The position numbers and the translations under genes are program-made. A DNA stretch of 64,000 nucleotides, taken from the NCBI GenBank assembly GCA_951406725.2, contig OX597833.1, positions 18,538,001-18,602,000 of the forward strand, given 5' to 3'. This document shows, in pieces, positions 25,607 through 40,676 of this stretch (position 1 is the first letter of the stretch; each line of letters opens with the position of its first letter). The notes under the pieces are model-generated. The model saw nothing but the letters and a program-made list of their open reading frames with translations, was not told where the DNA came from and made no database searches. Origin of the DNA: Octopus vulgaris. Lineage: Eukaryota.

Positions 25607-26482
25607 ATAAGTTCTTTCTACAAGAAAAGAAACACAAGACTTGATATTTAGTTGGGGGACGAGCAAGTCGATTTGATCAACCCCAGTGCTTTATGTTAAG
25701 GGAGCTTGAAGGGATGATGAGTAAAGTGGGCCTCGGTGGGGTTTGAAGTTAGAACGTAAAAGACCGAGAGAGATACCGCTAAATATTTTGTTCCACGTGC
25801 TAACGAATCTGCTTGCTTGTGATTTAATTAATTAGAATTAAGAAAATATTTTTTAAAGAATATATTGATTTTAGATTGGGCTTACCAAGCTCGGGGATAA
25901 ACTAATTACACCAGTGCTTAACCGGGGAAATATATTATTGAACACGAAAGGATGAAAGCCGAAGACGATGCCGGTTGAACTCAGAACATAAAGACAGACA
26001 AAATACAACTGAACACTTTGCTCAGCGTGCTAACAATTCAGCCAACTCATCCAGCCTTATCAATTACATTTAAGAAAATACATTTTGAAAAAATATAATT
26101 TTTAATAATATATTATTCAAAGACAACTACAAAATCTACTTACAAGGAAATTAACTGAAATTATAAAAGCAACTCACCTTCAAAATTTTCCAAAATTGCT
26201 CCTTCGTTGAAGAAAGATCCATGGAATGCAGATAGAAAAGATAATATAAGGGATTCTTTTATTATATTCGTTCTCAGAGATGATTTGGTCGTACATTTTC
26301 TGGTTGGTTCAAGATTTGAGAAAATAAGAGATGGGGGAGAGAAAAGATGGCGAAAGAGGTGGAAAGAAAAAAGGAAGGACATTGCCAATCGGAAACCTAT
26401 CCATCTATCTATCTGTCTGTATATCTACCTATCTATCAATCTATCTATCTATGTGTCAACTATTTATCTGTCTGTCTGTCTG

Positions 26483-26529
<47 letters not shown>

Positions 26530-26544
26530 TCCTTTGTATATATA

Positions 26545-26570
26545 TATATGTACGTACGTATGTATGTATG

Positions 26571-26601
<31 letters not shown>

Positions 26602-27012
26602 TATGTATGTATGTATGTATGCATATATACATATGTGTATGTGTGAGTGTATATGCATGTATGCATTATGTATAATGTATGTACGTATGTATGTATGTAT
26701 GTATGTATGCATATATACGTATGTGTATGTGTGTGTATATGCATGTATGTATGTATGTATTATGAATGTATGTATGTATGTATGTATGTATGTATGTATT
26801 ATGTATGAATGTATGTATGTATGCATATATACATATGTGTATGTGTGTGTATATATGCATGTATATATGTGTGTATATGCATGTATGTATGTATGTATGT
26901 ATGTATGTATGTATGCATATATACATATGTGTATGTGTGTATATGCATGTATGTATGTATGTATATGCATGTATGTATGTGTGTGTATATGCATGTATGT
27001 ATGTATGTATGT
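26545..27012. repeat. (ATGT)n-based compound microsatellite with higher-order repeat
   Basis: Recurring TATGCATATATACATATGTGTATGTGTG blocks. Confidence 0.9.
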
Positions 27013-27055
27013 ATTGGTAGACTTGAAAACGTCGTAAGTGGTGGACCCTTTTCTT

Positions 27056-27250
27056 TCTCTTTTACTTGTTTCAGTCATTTGACTGCGGCCATGCTGGAGC
27101 ACCGCCTTTAGTCGAGCAAATCGACCCCAGGACTTATTCTTTGTAAGCCTAGTACTTATTCTATCGGTCTATTTTGCTGAACCGCTATGTTACGGGGATG
27201 TAAACACACCGGCATCGGTTGTCAAGTGATATTGGGGAACAAACACAGAC
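27056..27250 (-). mobile_element. SINE family 1, 3' half
   Basis: Conserved tail sequence. Confidence 0.8.
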
Positions 27251-27490
27251 ACAAAAACATACATACATAGAAATATATATATATATATATATATATAAGC
27301 ACATACATATAGCTACACATACATATATATATATATACATATATGTATATCTCTGTATATCTACCTGTTTGTCTATTTGTATGTGTGTATTTGTATAGGT
27401 GTTTGTGTACATATGTGTAAATCTTTGTATGTGTATATGTGTGTATATCTTTGTGCGCTTTTACAAATACACACACATGCACACATACAG

Positions 27491-27546
<56 letters not shown>

Positions 27547-27615
27547 CACATTAAGTACAAAACATCAACAACGAGTGAAAAATACGTAAACACACGAGAG
27601 ATAATTACAGGACAA

Positions 27616-27684
<69 letters not shown>

Positions 27685-27796
27685 CATATACATAATGTCT
27701 GTATGTATGTGTATACATGCATGCAAAATCGTACATACTCATACACGCAGAGAAAGTGAGAAACTCAAACGCAAAGAAATAGATATATATATATAT

Positions 27797-27833
<37 letters not shown>

Positions 27834-28267
27834 GAACAGAAAATAGGTGGCCGTAGGTTAAAGAAGCTCGCTTTCCAACCACAAATTTCAGGATCGATCC
27901 CAATGCACTGTAACTTGGGCAAGTATCTTACAGTATCGCCTCAGGCCAACCAATGCCTTGTGTGTCAATTTGCTGAACCGAAACTGTATTTATATAAATA
28001 TATATATTCATATAAAGCCTGTCGTTTATAGAAATATATATGCACATTCTTATATTCTTTTATTAGTTACAGCCATTCGACTGCGGCCGTTCTAAGCCTA
28101 GTATTTATCCTATCGGTGTCTTTTGCCGAACTGCTAAGCTACAGGGACGTAAACACACCAACATCGGTTGTCTAGCGATGGTGAAAGGCAAACACAGACA
28201 CACACACACATACATATAATCTGTATAAATATATATATGGGTATATATATATATATATGTTTGTATG

Positions 28268-28315
<48 letters not shown>

Positions 28316-28353
28316 GTATATATATACGTATCATATATCTACCTATCTATGTA

Positions 28354-28415
<62 letters not shown>

Positions 28416-28954
28416 CATATAATTTAACTACCTATCTATGTATCTATCTATTTCTCCAGATACATACACATATACACGCATATATATATGAACACAGGAC
28501 CATGTGGTTGAGAAGTAAGTTTTTTACCACGCAGCCATTCGTGGTGTGTATGAATATATGTACACTTATAAACCTTATCTCTTACTTGTTTCCGTCACTA
28601 GACAGCAGCCATTTTGAGGTACCACCTGGAAGAATTATAGTCCAATGAATCAACCTCAGTACTGTTTTTTTAAAGCCTAGTACTTTTTCTATTCCCCTCT
28701 CTGGCACAACCAAGAAATTATGGGGACGTAAACACACTAATACCGGTTGTCAAGCGGTGATGGGGGACAAACACAGACATACACATAGCTATATGTGTGT
28801 GTGCGCTAAAAAATATGAAGAAATAATAAGTGATATGTAAATAAATATATATATTTTTTATATTCAATCATCCAGCATTCTGAACACCTTTTTCTTTCAT
28901 ATGTATTAAATCTCTACATCACTCCCAATACTTCTAACACACACACACACACAC

Positions 28955-29065
<111 letters not shown>

Positions 29066-29133
29066 AAGTGAGATAGGGGTTTTGTGTGTGTGTGTATGTA
29101 TATATATATACAAAGTCAGATAGGGGTTTTGTG

Positions 29134-29274
<141 letters not shown>

Positions 29275-29393
29275 CAGCCGAAATCTACGATGAGGAATCA
29301 GTTTCTGACTGAAGAACGAAGGATTTGAATGACCCGTTTGTCTTTTATGTTCGTCCCTTCGTGTTTTTCACGTTATTTATTTATGTAAAGGTT

Positions 29394-29427
<34 letters not shown>

Positions 29428-29821
29428 GCACACACAAACAACCGGCTTCTTTCAGTTTCTGTCTACTGTAGCCCGAAGCTATATTAGAAGATACTTGCCC
29501 GAGGTACCACGCAGTGGAACTGAACCCGGAATTATGTCTTTAGGAAGCAGGATTCTTACCATATGAAACAGCCTAGAGTGTGTGTATATACGTACATTTA
29601 TGATCCTACATATGTTAATGTGTGTGCATATGTACTATATACGTATGTATGTGCATATGTCTAGCTATATTAATAAACATATATGTAGTTATCTATATAT
29701 ATCTATCTACATATGCATATATATTTTTATGTATATGCGTTTTGTCTTTAAGTGCGTGTAAGCGTATAAATAAATACACAAAAATCTTAATCCACTCAAA
29801 TACACTTTCTCAAATATCTGC

Positions 29822-29936
<115 letters not shown>

Positions 29937-29962
29937 CATATTTAAACTTGCGTTTAAATATA

Positions 29963-30002
<40 letters not shown>

Positions 30003-30243
30003 GGCAAAAAAGATTAGAAAATTTATTTGCTACCAGTGGCCTAGTGTGTAGAAAAAAAACAGTCAATAGACTATATATTATTTATATAAAAATACAGTGT
30101 ACATTTAAACACATAAGAGATGGCCATAACGGGACAGTTGACCCGCTAGAAGGAGTAGTTAAACTCCAAACAACTTTTAGGGGTAATTTCGAAAGGGGAT
30201 GAATAATAAAAACGTTTACCCTCTATTTCCTGTACCATTGTTT

Positions 30244-30276
30244 CTTGCTGAAGATAGCTTGAAACCACGGTACAGG
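30244..30276 (+). ncRNA. Minimal hammerhead motif at the centre of an inverted repeat
   Basis: CUUG-CUGAAGA-uagcuu-GAAA-CC ac GG-UA-CAGG; GUA triplet; stem II rudimentary; ~36-bp inverted arms 30208-30244 / 30261-30296. Confidence 0.55.
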
Positions 30277-30529
30277 AAATAGAGGGTAAATGTTTTAATT
30301 TTTTTAAAATTACAAATATAATTTAATAATTTTTATTTTAAATTTAAATAATTTAAATTTTTCAATTTTATATTTTATATATTTTCTATATTATATTTTT
30401 ATTTTTATGTTTTTCATGGTTTTTTTTATGGTTTTTCATTGTTTCATTTGCCTATTAGTGGTTTTATCTCTAATTTAATTTATACACATATATATATATA
30501 ATTTGTATACATTTGTATATATAATGCGT

Positions 30530-30622
<93 letters not shown>

Positions 30623-31435
30623 CATATATATATAATGTGTGCATTATGTGGTCGGTCGGTTCAGCTGAAAATATGCATACCTATGTTAAAAGTGCTGGCA
30701 AATTTGCATGACAACTATTTTTTTCCTCAAATGAAAGGACAAAATTCCTCATCTTATAAAATGTGGCCCCAGTAGACCCAAATGAAATCGGGTTATATTA
30801 ACCAAAATGTGAAAAGGGGTCTAAATGGGGCTGGAAGGGGATTAAAATTTAATGGAGCGAGTGTTTAGGAATTCTCTGTTACATCAAGCTAAAAAATTTG
30901 CGCCAGCCTTTTAATCGTCAATGTGTTGCCGTCCATGATGAAGAAGTTTTGAATGCTTGCCATGGTGAGCCTACTGTCGTGAGAATGAATCACTTCAAAA
31001 CTTGGTGTTTACGAATTTTCTTTTACATCAAGTTCAAAATTTTACGCCAGCTGTTAAACTGTCAATACGTTGCTGTCCGTCGTTAAGAAATGCCAGCCAT
31101 GGTGACTCTACTATCCTCAGATTCTATCCCTTCAAACGTTGGTTTCCAATATTTTATTATTTTTATTCAGCTCGCAAGTTCGTCTGTCCCTTTTAAATGC
31201 TAGCGTTTTGCTGTCTGCCTTGAAGCAGACCTTTCCGTTGCCACTGCCTGATATTTATGATTGATCTTTCTAAATATTTTATTTCTCAACTTACTCAAGA
31301 TCTTTTGTTGTTTATAAATGGGAGAGAGATAGATAAAGATAGAGAGTAAGAGAAAGCGAGGGAGAGACCGAGAGAAAAGAAAAGTAAGAGAGTGGGAAAG
31401 TGAGAGAGAAAGGAGAGAGAAACAAAGAGGGAGAA

Positions 31436-31745
31436 TCATCATCATCATCATCGTTTAACGTCCGTTTTCCGTGCTAGCACGGGTTTGGACAGTTTGACCG
31501 GGGTCTGGGAAGCCAGGAGGCTGCACCAGGCTCCAGTCTGATCTGGCAGTATTTCTACAGGTGGATGACCTTCCTAACGCCAACCACTCTGTGAGTGTAG
31601 TGGGTGCTATTTTCGTGCCCCCGGCACAGGTGCCAGGGAGACTCGCAGCGGCAACGATCGGTTGGTGCTTTTTACGTGCCACTGGCACAGAAGCCAGTCA
31701 AGGCGGCGCTGCAATCGGCCACGTTCGGATGGTGCTTTTTAGGTG
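31436..31745 (-). mobile_element. RTE-related SINE/LINE remnant with (GAT)n tail
   Basis: Minus strand: GGTTGGCGTTAGGAAGG.CATCCA.CTGTAGAAA motif and GGACGTTAAACGATGATGATG end. Confidence 0.65.
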
Positions 31746-31782
31746 CTGAAAGGAAGCAACAGAAAGTAACAACCACACTCTT

Positions 31783-31814
31783 ACCCGCGCGTAGAGCGGG
31801 TCACCTTCAGCTAG
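31783..31814 (+). mobile_element. Helitron-type 3' terminus
   Basis: GC hairpin ACCCGC..GCGGGT then CTAG|T about 8 nt downstream. Confidence 0.5.
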
Positions 31815-31896
31815 TATAATATAATATAACATAATATAATATAATATAATATATATAATATATAAAATGATATGATATATATAATATAATATAATA

Positions 31897-31937
<41 letters not shown>

Positions 31938-32335
31938 TATAATATATATAATATAATATAATATGATATATATAATATAATATAATATAATATATATAAT
32001 ATAATATATGATATATATATATAATAAAATATAATATAATATATATAATATAATATAATATGATATATATAATATAATATAATATGATATATATAATATA
32101 ATATATGATATATATATATAATAAAATATAATATAATATATATAATATAATATAATATGATATATATAATATAATATAATATGATATATATAATATAATA
32201 TAATATAATATGATATATATAATATAATATATATATAATATAATATGATATATATGATATAATATAATATTATATATATATATATAATATAATATAATAT
32301 AATATAATATAATATGATATAATATAATATATATA
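31815..32335. repeat. (TAATA)n / AT-rich satellite
   Basis: Direct reading. Confidence 0.9.
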
Positions 32336-32474
32336 CATATTGCTCCCAACTTTGACCCTCCATAAATCCTAAATTTTATTTTAGAATTAAAGGAAGCAAC
32401 TGTCTTTGAAGATTCATATTGTCGTTGAATGCTCGAAATAAGGAGTAGATAGACAGCAAAACACTTTATTTAAC

Positions 32475-32692
32475 GTTGCTCTAGTTCACTCAGCTGGCAA
32501 AAATGAGTAGTACCTGTATTGCAAAGGGCCTGCGTTGACACGTTGTGTGTCACGCTGAATCTGCCTGATAACTACGTTAAGGGTACACGTATCTGTGGAA
32601 TGCTCAGTCACTTGCTCGTTAATTTCACGAGCAAGCTGTTCCGTTGGTCAGATCAACTGGGATCCTCGTCGTCGTAACCGACGGAGTGCTCC
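32475..32692 (+). mobile_element. SINE 3' fragment (family 3/4 related; similar piece at 60188-60332)
   Basis: GTGTCACGCTGAATCT...CCTCGTCGTCGTAACCGACGGAGTGC shared between copies. Confidence 0.65.
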
Positions 32693-32701
32693 TTTCACAT
32701 A

Positions 32702-33104
32702 TCTTTATATATAAAAGTGAGGTTGTGTGTCTGTCTCCTATGATTTAGATTCCTAACTACTCCCACATTTTGTGGTGCAGTTTAACCAAAACCGGGTATC
32801 TTATAGTCGTGATTCATATCGAGCCCTTCAGGGTATTAGCGCGCGTCTACGATGAGTCTACGATTCTAAAAAAAATTTACCATCATTTTTTTCCATTTTA
32901 ATGCATTTTTTTTCGTTATTATATCAGGGAAGTAACTCTCTAAAAATGTCTACGATGAGTCAACGATTTTTAAAAAAATTTACCATCATTTTTTTTTTCT
33001 ATTTTTAATGCATTTTTTTGCTATTTTTTGGCTATAACTCCCCTAAAAATGCTTATATAATTATTTCCCTTACAAACCCGAGCAACGCTGGGCTAAACTG
33101 CTAG
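32702..33104 (+). mobile_element. Non-autonomous Helitron
   Basis: A|TCTTTATATATAAAAG 5' end; CCCGAGCAACGCTGGG hairpin then CTAG|T 3' end; no TSD; internal ~100-bp duplication. Confidence 0.8.
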
Positions 33105-33347
33105 TATATATATAAACATATTTATATGCATATATATTATATATGGACAACTGATGAAGGGATTGTTCTTTATGTTCCTGTCTTGCTTTTCTATTTGTTT
33201 CTTTTGTTGTTCAAAAAAAGTTCGTCTTCCACGTTTTTGTCATTCATGCTCTTGTTTTTAATGTTGCTTACGTTTTTTTTGACGTCCCGTACCCACATAT
33301 GCATATGTATATACATATATATGTATGTACATGTATGTATGTATATA

Positions 33348-33392
<45 letters not shown>

Positions 33393-33474
33393 TATATATA
33401 TATACATATACATAACAGATATACAAATATATAAATACATATATATGTGTGTGCACTGTATGTTGTATTTATAC

Positions 33475-33521
<47 letters not shown>

Positions 33522-34187
33522 TATATGTGTGTGTGTGTTTGTATGTGTGTGTGTGTGTGTCTGTATATATGCATATATATTGTATATATATATACATATA
33601 TACATATACATAAGTGTATATATACATCAATACTTATATATTCGTATATATATATATATATATATATACGAATATAGAATTACACACGCACACGAATGTT
33701 TATATGCTTGTGTGCTTATATACAGTGAGACACAATGAGAGTAAGGGGTGAGTGTGAGGTGGTGAGCGTGTGAGGGAAACGGAGAAAGAAAGGGACAAGA
33801 AATAAAGCATGTAGGAAAGCGAGTGTGTAGAGAGAGAGAGGTAGAGATTTAATAACTACATGAATCGTGTCAAGAGATATCAGTAAACAGACGACATATT
33901 GTAAACTGCTTTTATACGTCAAAATTCTCTCGCGTTCCAGTTTATTCAAAATTGATGTCTTCACTTTCTAAAGGAATTGGCAGAAGAAAATAAGCGGAAA
34001 AAAAACATCTTACATAATATTGTTATTATATTATGTTTATTGTTTGTTAATTTTCATCTTTTACGTGTATACATATATACATACATGCATACATACCTAC
34101 ATACATGCATGCACATATACATACACACATATATACTTATACATGCATGTATATGTTTGTGTGTTTCTATGTAAATATATGCATACG

Positions 34188-34229
<42 letters not shown>

Positions 34230-34278
34230 CATACATATTTTTGCATATAATACATATATTACATACATACATACATAC

Positions 34279-34323
<45 letters not shown>

Positions 34324-34539
34324 TATATATATATGTGTCTTTTTAAAGAAGAACAGTGTTGCCAGTAAGTTCGAAGTTTCGGCCTTCTTACCTTTCATAG
34401 GCCTAGGCCAAAAATTCGAAGTCACTGTCTCCACTATGTTTTGTTAAAGAATAACACATACTCTACAAACAGTATTAAGCACTTCTTGAATTTGATGTAA
34501 AACGTTTTTAACTATTATTCAACATAAAAGCTATATTCA

Positions 34540-34634
<95 letters not shown>

Positions 34635-34674
34635 TTATATATAAGTATGTATATGGCTGTATATATATATATAT

Positions 34675-34935
34675 AAACTTAGATAAAACTTAGATATGTT
34701 TCGACCAAAGATTGGTCCAGGCCATGTCTAACTTAATAGCACCACCTGATAGGATTATCTGAATCCTGTTTAAGTCAAGTTTTGTTTATGGTCCATTCAA
34801 GTAGTGAGTTTTTGTTGGGTGAGTTGTATCCAATTATGGGTGGCTTATCTGGTATTCCTTGAAAGAATCTATCCAGACTCCGTTTAAAGTTGATGGGATC
34901 CTTTTCCTCTTTGATCTCTTTCGGGACAATGTTAA
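34675..34935 (-). mobile_element. CR1-group LINE 3' end (ORF2 C-terminus + 3' UTR)
   Basis: FNIVPKEIKEEKDPINFKRSLDRFFQGIPDKPPIIGYNSPNKNSLLEW*, followed by a stem-loop and a (TCTAAGTTT(T)A)n tail. Confidence 0.7.
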
Positions 34936-35462
34936 ATATTATATACATATACATACATATATTTATATGTGTGTCCATGCGTACATGTACATTATATGCC
35001 TATAAGTATACATAACTACAGGCATACAGATGTATATACCTATATTCACTTATATGTATAATTTGTATGTACAAAGTAGCAAAGCATACCGAATAAGGAA
35101 GTCATGTAATTTGAATCACTTTATTCAGATGAGGTGCAGCAACAAAATATACAATAGCGACAGCAACAGCAAGAACCAGATCAATATTGATGACATTCTT
35201 TGGCTTTACAAACAGGATATTTTGAATCTTTCCTGCTAGGCTAAATAAAGCGGAAGTTGCAATTTTACGGTTGTAATTTCAGTTTGTTTTACTTGTTTAT
35301 TCCTCCTAATGGTTTCGATTATTGACTTAACTGTAGTTTTGATCTGCGTAGTGAACGAATGAGGTAAAGTTAAAGCGAACGAACTATGATCGTAGATCAA
35401 AGATGGCTGACGCTAAATTCTGTCGTGCGTCTGAGCCTCAATCCTGCTGCTCTTTTCCATCG

Positions 35463-35609
35463 GTTGTTGTTGTTGCTCTTACCGCTGCTTCTGTTCTTGC
35501 TGTTGTTGTTGTTGTTGTTGTTGCTATTGTTGCTGTTGCTGTTGTTGTTGTTGTTGCCGTTGTTGCTTGTGCTGTTCTACTGCTGCTGCTGCTACTACTA
35601 CCACTACTA

Positions 35610-35676
<67 letters not shown>

Positions 35677-35812
35677 CACTGCTACTGTTGCTGCTACTAC
35701 TACTTCTACTACTATTACCACTGCTACTGTTGCTGCTACTACTACTTCTACTACTATTACTACCACCACTGGTGCTGGTGCTACTGCTGATGCTGATGCT
35801 GATACTACTACT
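35463..35812. repeat. (TTG)n/(CTA)n/(CTG)n compound microsatellite
   Basis: Direct reading. Confidence 0.9.
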
Positions 35813-35974
35813 ATTCACAACCAAAGCCCGGATTTTAGGGAAAAGTTAGAATAGATTATTATTTTATTGTTCCCTGAAGGATGAAAGCAAAGTCAGCAGG
35901 ATTTGAACCCAGAATGTAAAATGCCGACGTAGATAGAGACCAAAAGGTGATCTTCCGGTTCACTTGTAATTCTG

Positions 35975-36192
35975 CCCTTCTACTCGAGTTGAAAGATTCG
36001 TTAGAATGCTGGGCAAAATGCTTAACAGCATTTCGTCCGTCTTTACGTTCTGAGTTCAAATTCCGCTGAGGTCGACTTTGCCTTTCATCCCTTCTGGGAC
36101 GATAAAATAAGTACTAGTTGAGTACTGGGATCTATCTAACCTTCTAGGCCCCTCTCCAAAACTTTCAGGCGTTGTGCCTTTAGTAGAAAGGA
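35975..36192 (+). mobile_element. SINE family 2, degenerate
   Basis: TTCTGAGTTCAAATTCCGCTGAGGTCGACTTTGCCTTTCATCC core. Confidence 0.7.
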
Positions 36193-36201
36193 TTATTATT
36201 A

Positions 36202-36271
<70 letters not shown>

Positions 36272-37102
36272 ACTTAGCGGAGAAGGATGTCTCTATGATA
36301 TAATATACGACCAATGTGAAATACAGCAAAATTCCCTCAAATCACACCTTATCACCTAAAAAGGGGTGGATACATTGTACAATGTCGTCCTTTTCTTGTT
36401 TCTGTCGAGCCCTAGGATTCATAGAGCCAGTTACCCGGTTTCTACGGCGTATAAGTGAGTGAGATCATAACAGTACTCTCTGAAAGAGACACCAAGTCCG
36501 TTGTAGGTTTTCAATACCAATAATTTAAAATTGGTTTCTAGAAGGAAGTGATGCATTAGAGACTTGTTTCACCTTCGCCGTGGGTTAGTCTGATATTGCA
36601 GTGGAATGTCATGGCTGGAATGTCATTGATCATATGTGTCTCATTATTCGGATGTACCACGAGGAGAGGAGGGGGATAAACAATAACAACAACAACAACA
36701 ATAACAACAACGCTAATAATGATAATGATTAGTACTCATCTGCTTAAGGACGGTTTATTAGCAGGATTTTAAATGCGTCGGACAAAATCCCTTGTGGCAT
36801 TTGTCCTCTTTCTTCTTGTTCTGAGTTCAAATCTCACTGAGGTTAACTTTGTTATCCTTGCTTCTGGGGTTGATGAAATTAAGTACCAGTCAAGTATCGA
36901 CAGTTGATTTATGTAATCGATTAGCAGTGTATACATTAAAGAGCAAATTAGCGCCAAACTTGACGGCTTTGATGAGAGGTGAGGTGGTCACATAATGGCT
37001 GGAGTACACTAACGATAAATCAGTATTAACTACTTGCAACCCATCTTCTTGTCACGCTTTTCTTGTCTATCTGTTTATCTATCAATCTATTTCTATCTCT
37101 CT

Positions 37103-37200
<98 letters not shown>

Positions 37201-37702
37201 ATATATCTATCTATCTATCTTTCCCTATATACCACTCACTCTCTCTAAAAACGGATCTCATTAGAAGGAATAACGCAGCAAACTGCTTCGTGCATTTTTG
37301 AGGAAGCGAATCGCAATTTTTGGCTCTAGGGGGAACTCCAAGTACGACCTTAAAGGAACGTAACTAGGTACGCAATACCCAGCGCTTATAACACTCGTTT
37401 CTACACTGACAAATGCTATTGATGACTTCTACAAGTATACACCGTTACAAATTTACTGCTGCCAGCCAATACGATAATTATATTTTGATATAACTATCGT
37501 ATTTAACACAATGTCTTGAAGAAACTCGAGCTGCCTCTCGTGAAAACCGTGGTTTGCAGGAAATTTTTGTTGGAAAATGCTGCATTAGATCATCTGTATA
37601 GTGGACCTTAGATACCTTGAGGAAGATGGGTCGCAGTCGAAATACGCTTGGTCATAGGTCTGCTCAATCAAACTTCAACAGGTGGGCCAACGACAAACAT
37701 CA

Positions 37703-37761
<59 letters not shown>

Positions 37762-38600
37762 AGATACTTACTGGTGAGGATGATGACGATGGGGATGATG
37801 ACGGCGACGACGATGGTGGGAATGGGGTGATGATGATGCTGATGATGATAAACATAGCTATATGACCAAACTTTTGGAAGTGGGAACAGACGATTATTTC
37901 GCCACACTCCCGCCCCTCAGTACTTGACCGGTATTTTATCTTATCGACCCAGGAAGGATGAAAGGCAAGGTTTACTTTGGTGGACTTGAACTCATAACGC
38001 AAAAATTTACATTTAAATACTGCCGTGGTAATTCTCTTCGTCACACAATCAATTCCTACAACCCATGGTTAATATTGTGGAAGTTATAGTAAGTAGTAAG
38101 TAAGCTGGCATAACAGGATTATTAAGCTGTGTTTGGCGTGTTTTGATATTTGTTTAACATGCAGCATTATGGCAAACACAAGACACCAGGATCTCTTTCG
38201 TACAAGTCATTTACAAGTTAGCTTAAGTCAAAATGCAGATCAACAACCAGAAACGTTACAGCAAGATTAACGGTAGGGGCAGGGCAGGTTTTAAAGAAGA
38301 AAACATTCTGTAAATTGTATTAAATGCAATGATAATAATAATCGGGTACACGGGTGCGGAGGGATGCAAAGATGTGAGGGACTCAAAAAATGAAAAACAA
38401 AAATAATTAAACGAAAAGAAATATTGTAAAATAATAAACATATGACAAATATGATTGAACAATTTAGTAAATAAATGGAATGAAAGTATTTGGTGCGCAT
38501 GCGCGAGAGTGCGCGCGCGTGTGTGTTTGTGTTTGAGAGTGAGCGTGTGTATGTGTGTGTGTGTGTGTGTGTGTAAATATATATATATATTGTTTTTTAA

Positions 38601-38987
38601 TCTTTTACTTGTTTCAGTCATTTGACTGCGGCCATCCTGGAGCACCGCCTTTAATCGAACAAATCGACCCCAGGAATTATTCTTTGTAAGCCTAGTACTT
38701 ATTCTATCGATCTCTTTTGCCGAACCGCTAAGTTATGGGGACGTAAACACACCAGCATCGGTTGTCAAGCGATGTTGGGGGGAGGAAAAACACAGACACA
38801 CAAACAAATACACACACATACATATATACATATACGACGGGTTTCTTTCAGTTTCCGTCTACCAAATCCACTCACAAGGCTATGGTTGCCTCGAGGCTAT
38901 AGTAGAAGACACTTGCCCAAGGGGCCACGCAGTAGGACTAAACCCGAGACCATGTGGTTAGTAAGCAAGCTACTTACCACACAGCCA

Positions 38988-38988
<1 letters not shown>
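38601..38988 (-). mobile_element. SINE family 1
   Basis: Near full length. Confidence 0.9.
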
Positions 38989-39026
<38 letters not shown>

Positions 39027-39037
39027 TTATATATACA

Positions 39038-39087
<50 letters not shown>

Positions 39088-39289
39088 ATTAAAATATGTT
39101 TAAATGATTTTTAATTAATTTTAATGTACATTAGTTTATTATACGTTATAGCAAGGCTTTAAAATGAATATATTATTAGATTAGTATTTTGGATATAACT
39201 TTCCGTGTGTACTCCAGAAAATAAGGTTGTCCTGAAATTGAAGTTGTGGTCCTATTGGTAAAATCCCAAATTTTTAATAATATATATAT

Positions 39290-39379
<90 letters not shown>

Positions 39380-39394
39380 GCATACACACACATA

Positions 39395-39450
<56 letters not shown>

Positions 39451-39720
39451 CATCGCAATCGTGAGATAGCGGTTTCAATTCCTAGACTGCGTGCGTTGTG
39501 TTCTTCATTTTACGCTGCCCTGCAATCACATCGATACCTGACATGTGGCACACCGTGCACCTGTTCGGCCAACGTTGATTTGATGAAGAGAGTAAGCTAA
39601 TGTATGCCACGTACATTTGATCCAAACCATAACTCATTCGTGGAGGTCGTTCGGCAAAAAACCTGTCCACTCATACGTCGTTTTCGATGTGGGAGTCCAT
39701 CACACACTCACACACACATA

Positions 39721-39941
39721 TCTCTTTTACTCCTTTACTTGTTTCAGTCATTTGACTGCGGCCATGCTGGAGCACCACCTTTAGTCAAGCAAATCGCCCC
39801 CAAGACTTATTCTTTGTAAGCCTAGGAATTATTGTATCGGTCTCTTTTGCCGAACCCCTAAGTTACGGGGACGTAAACATACCAACATCGGTTGTCAGGC
39901 GATGTTGGGGGATAAACACAAACACACAAACATATACACAC

Positions 39942-40000
<59 letters not shown>

Positions 40001-40172
40001 CACACACATATATACGACGAGTTTCTTTCAGTTTCCGTCTACCAAATCCACTCACAAGGTATTGGTCGGCCCGAGGCTATAGTAGAAGACACTTGCCCAA
40101 GGTGCCACGCAGTGGTACTGAACCCGGAACCATGTGGTTGGCAAGCAAGCAAGCTACTTACCACACAGCCAC
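39721..40172 (-). mobile_element. SINE family 1
   Basis: Near full length. Confidence 0.9.
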
Positions 40173-40335
40173 TATATATATATACACACACACATAAGAC
40201 TGGCTTGCAAACAATTTCCGTCAACTTTAATTAAATACAATATCTGAGATTTTCTTTATATTTATCTTTTCTTCTTTTTGTATACCTAAAACACGTATTC
40301 TAGTAGCAAGTACAGTGTGGAAAATTTTACCCATA

Positions 40336-40388
<53 letters not shown>

Positions 40389-40676
40389 ATAACTGAGGAA
40401 AATTATTTTTCATTTTTCCGTTGTCGATAGATTAAGTAGTGTTCTTCCCCAAATACTGGAGACGAAATAGTTTACTGCGGCCAGTGTGACAACATTCCAA
40501 TGACTGATACCAATAAAAGAGAAAAAAAAATGCAGTAAAATAAAAGATATATTTATCAGTGTGAGAGCGAGACAGTGTATGTATGTATGTATGTATGTAT
40601 GTATGTATGTATGTATGTATGTATGTGTGTGTGTGTGTGTACGGATGGAGGAATGTTTGTGCGTGTATATATGTAC

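Noticed and set aside
26207-27102. 276-aa and 212-aa ORFs
   Set aside because: Composed of ATCT, CT and ATGT microsatellites.
33144-33185. GGACAA-CUGAUGA-AGGG hammerhead-like start
   Set aside because: No GAAA-UH half; part of a dispersed repeat also seen at 3045-3185.
34690-34732. Hairpin followed by GAAACAUAUC on the minus strand
   Set aside because: Lacks CUGANGA; better explained as the LINE 3' UTR stem-loop.
35098-35232. Possible terminal exon downstream of the EGF exon (hydrophobic stretch, AATAAA)
   Set aside because: Weak acceptor, low-complexity CTG/TTG content and no recognisable homology.
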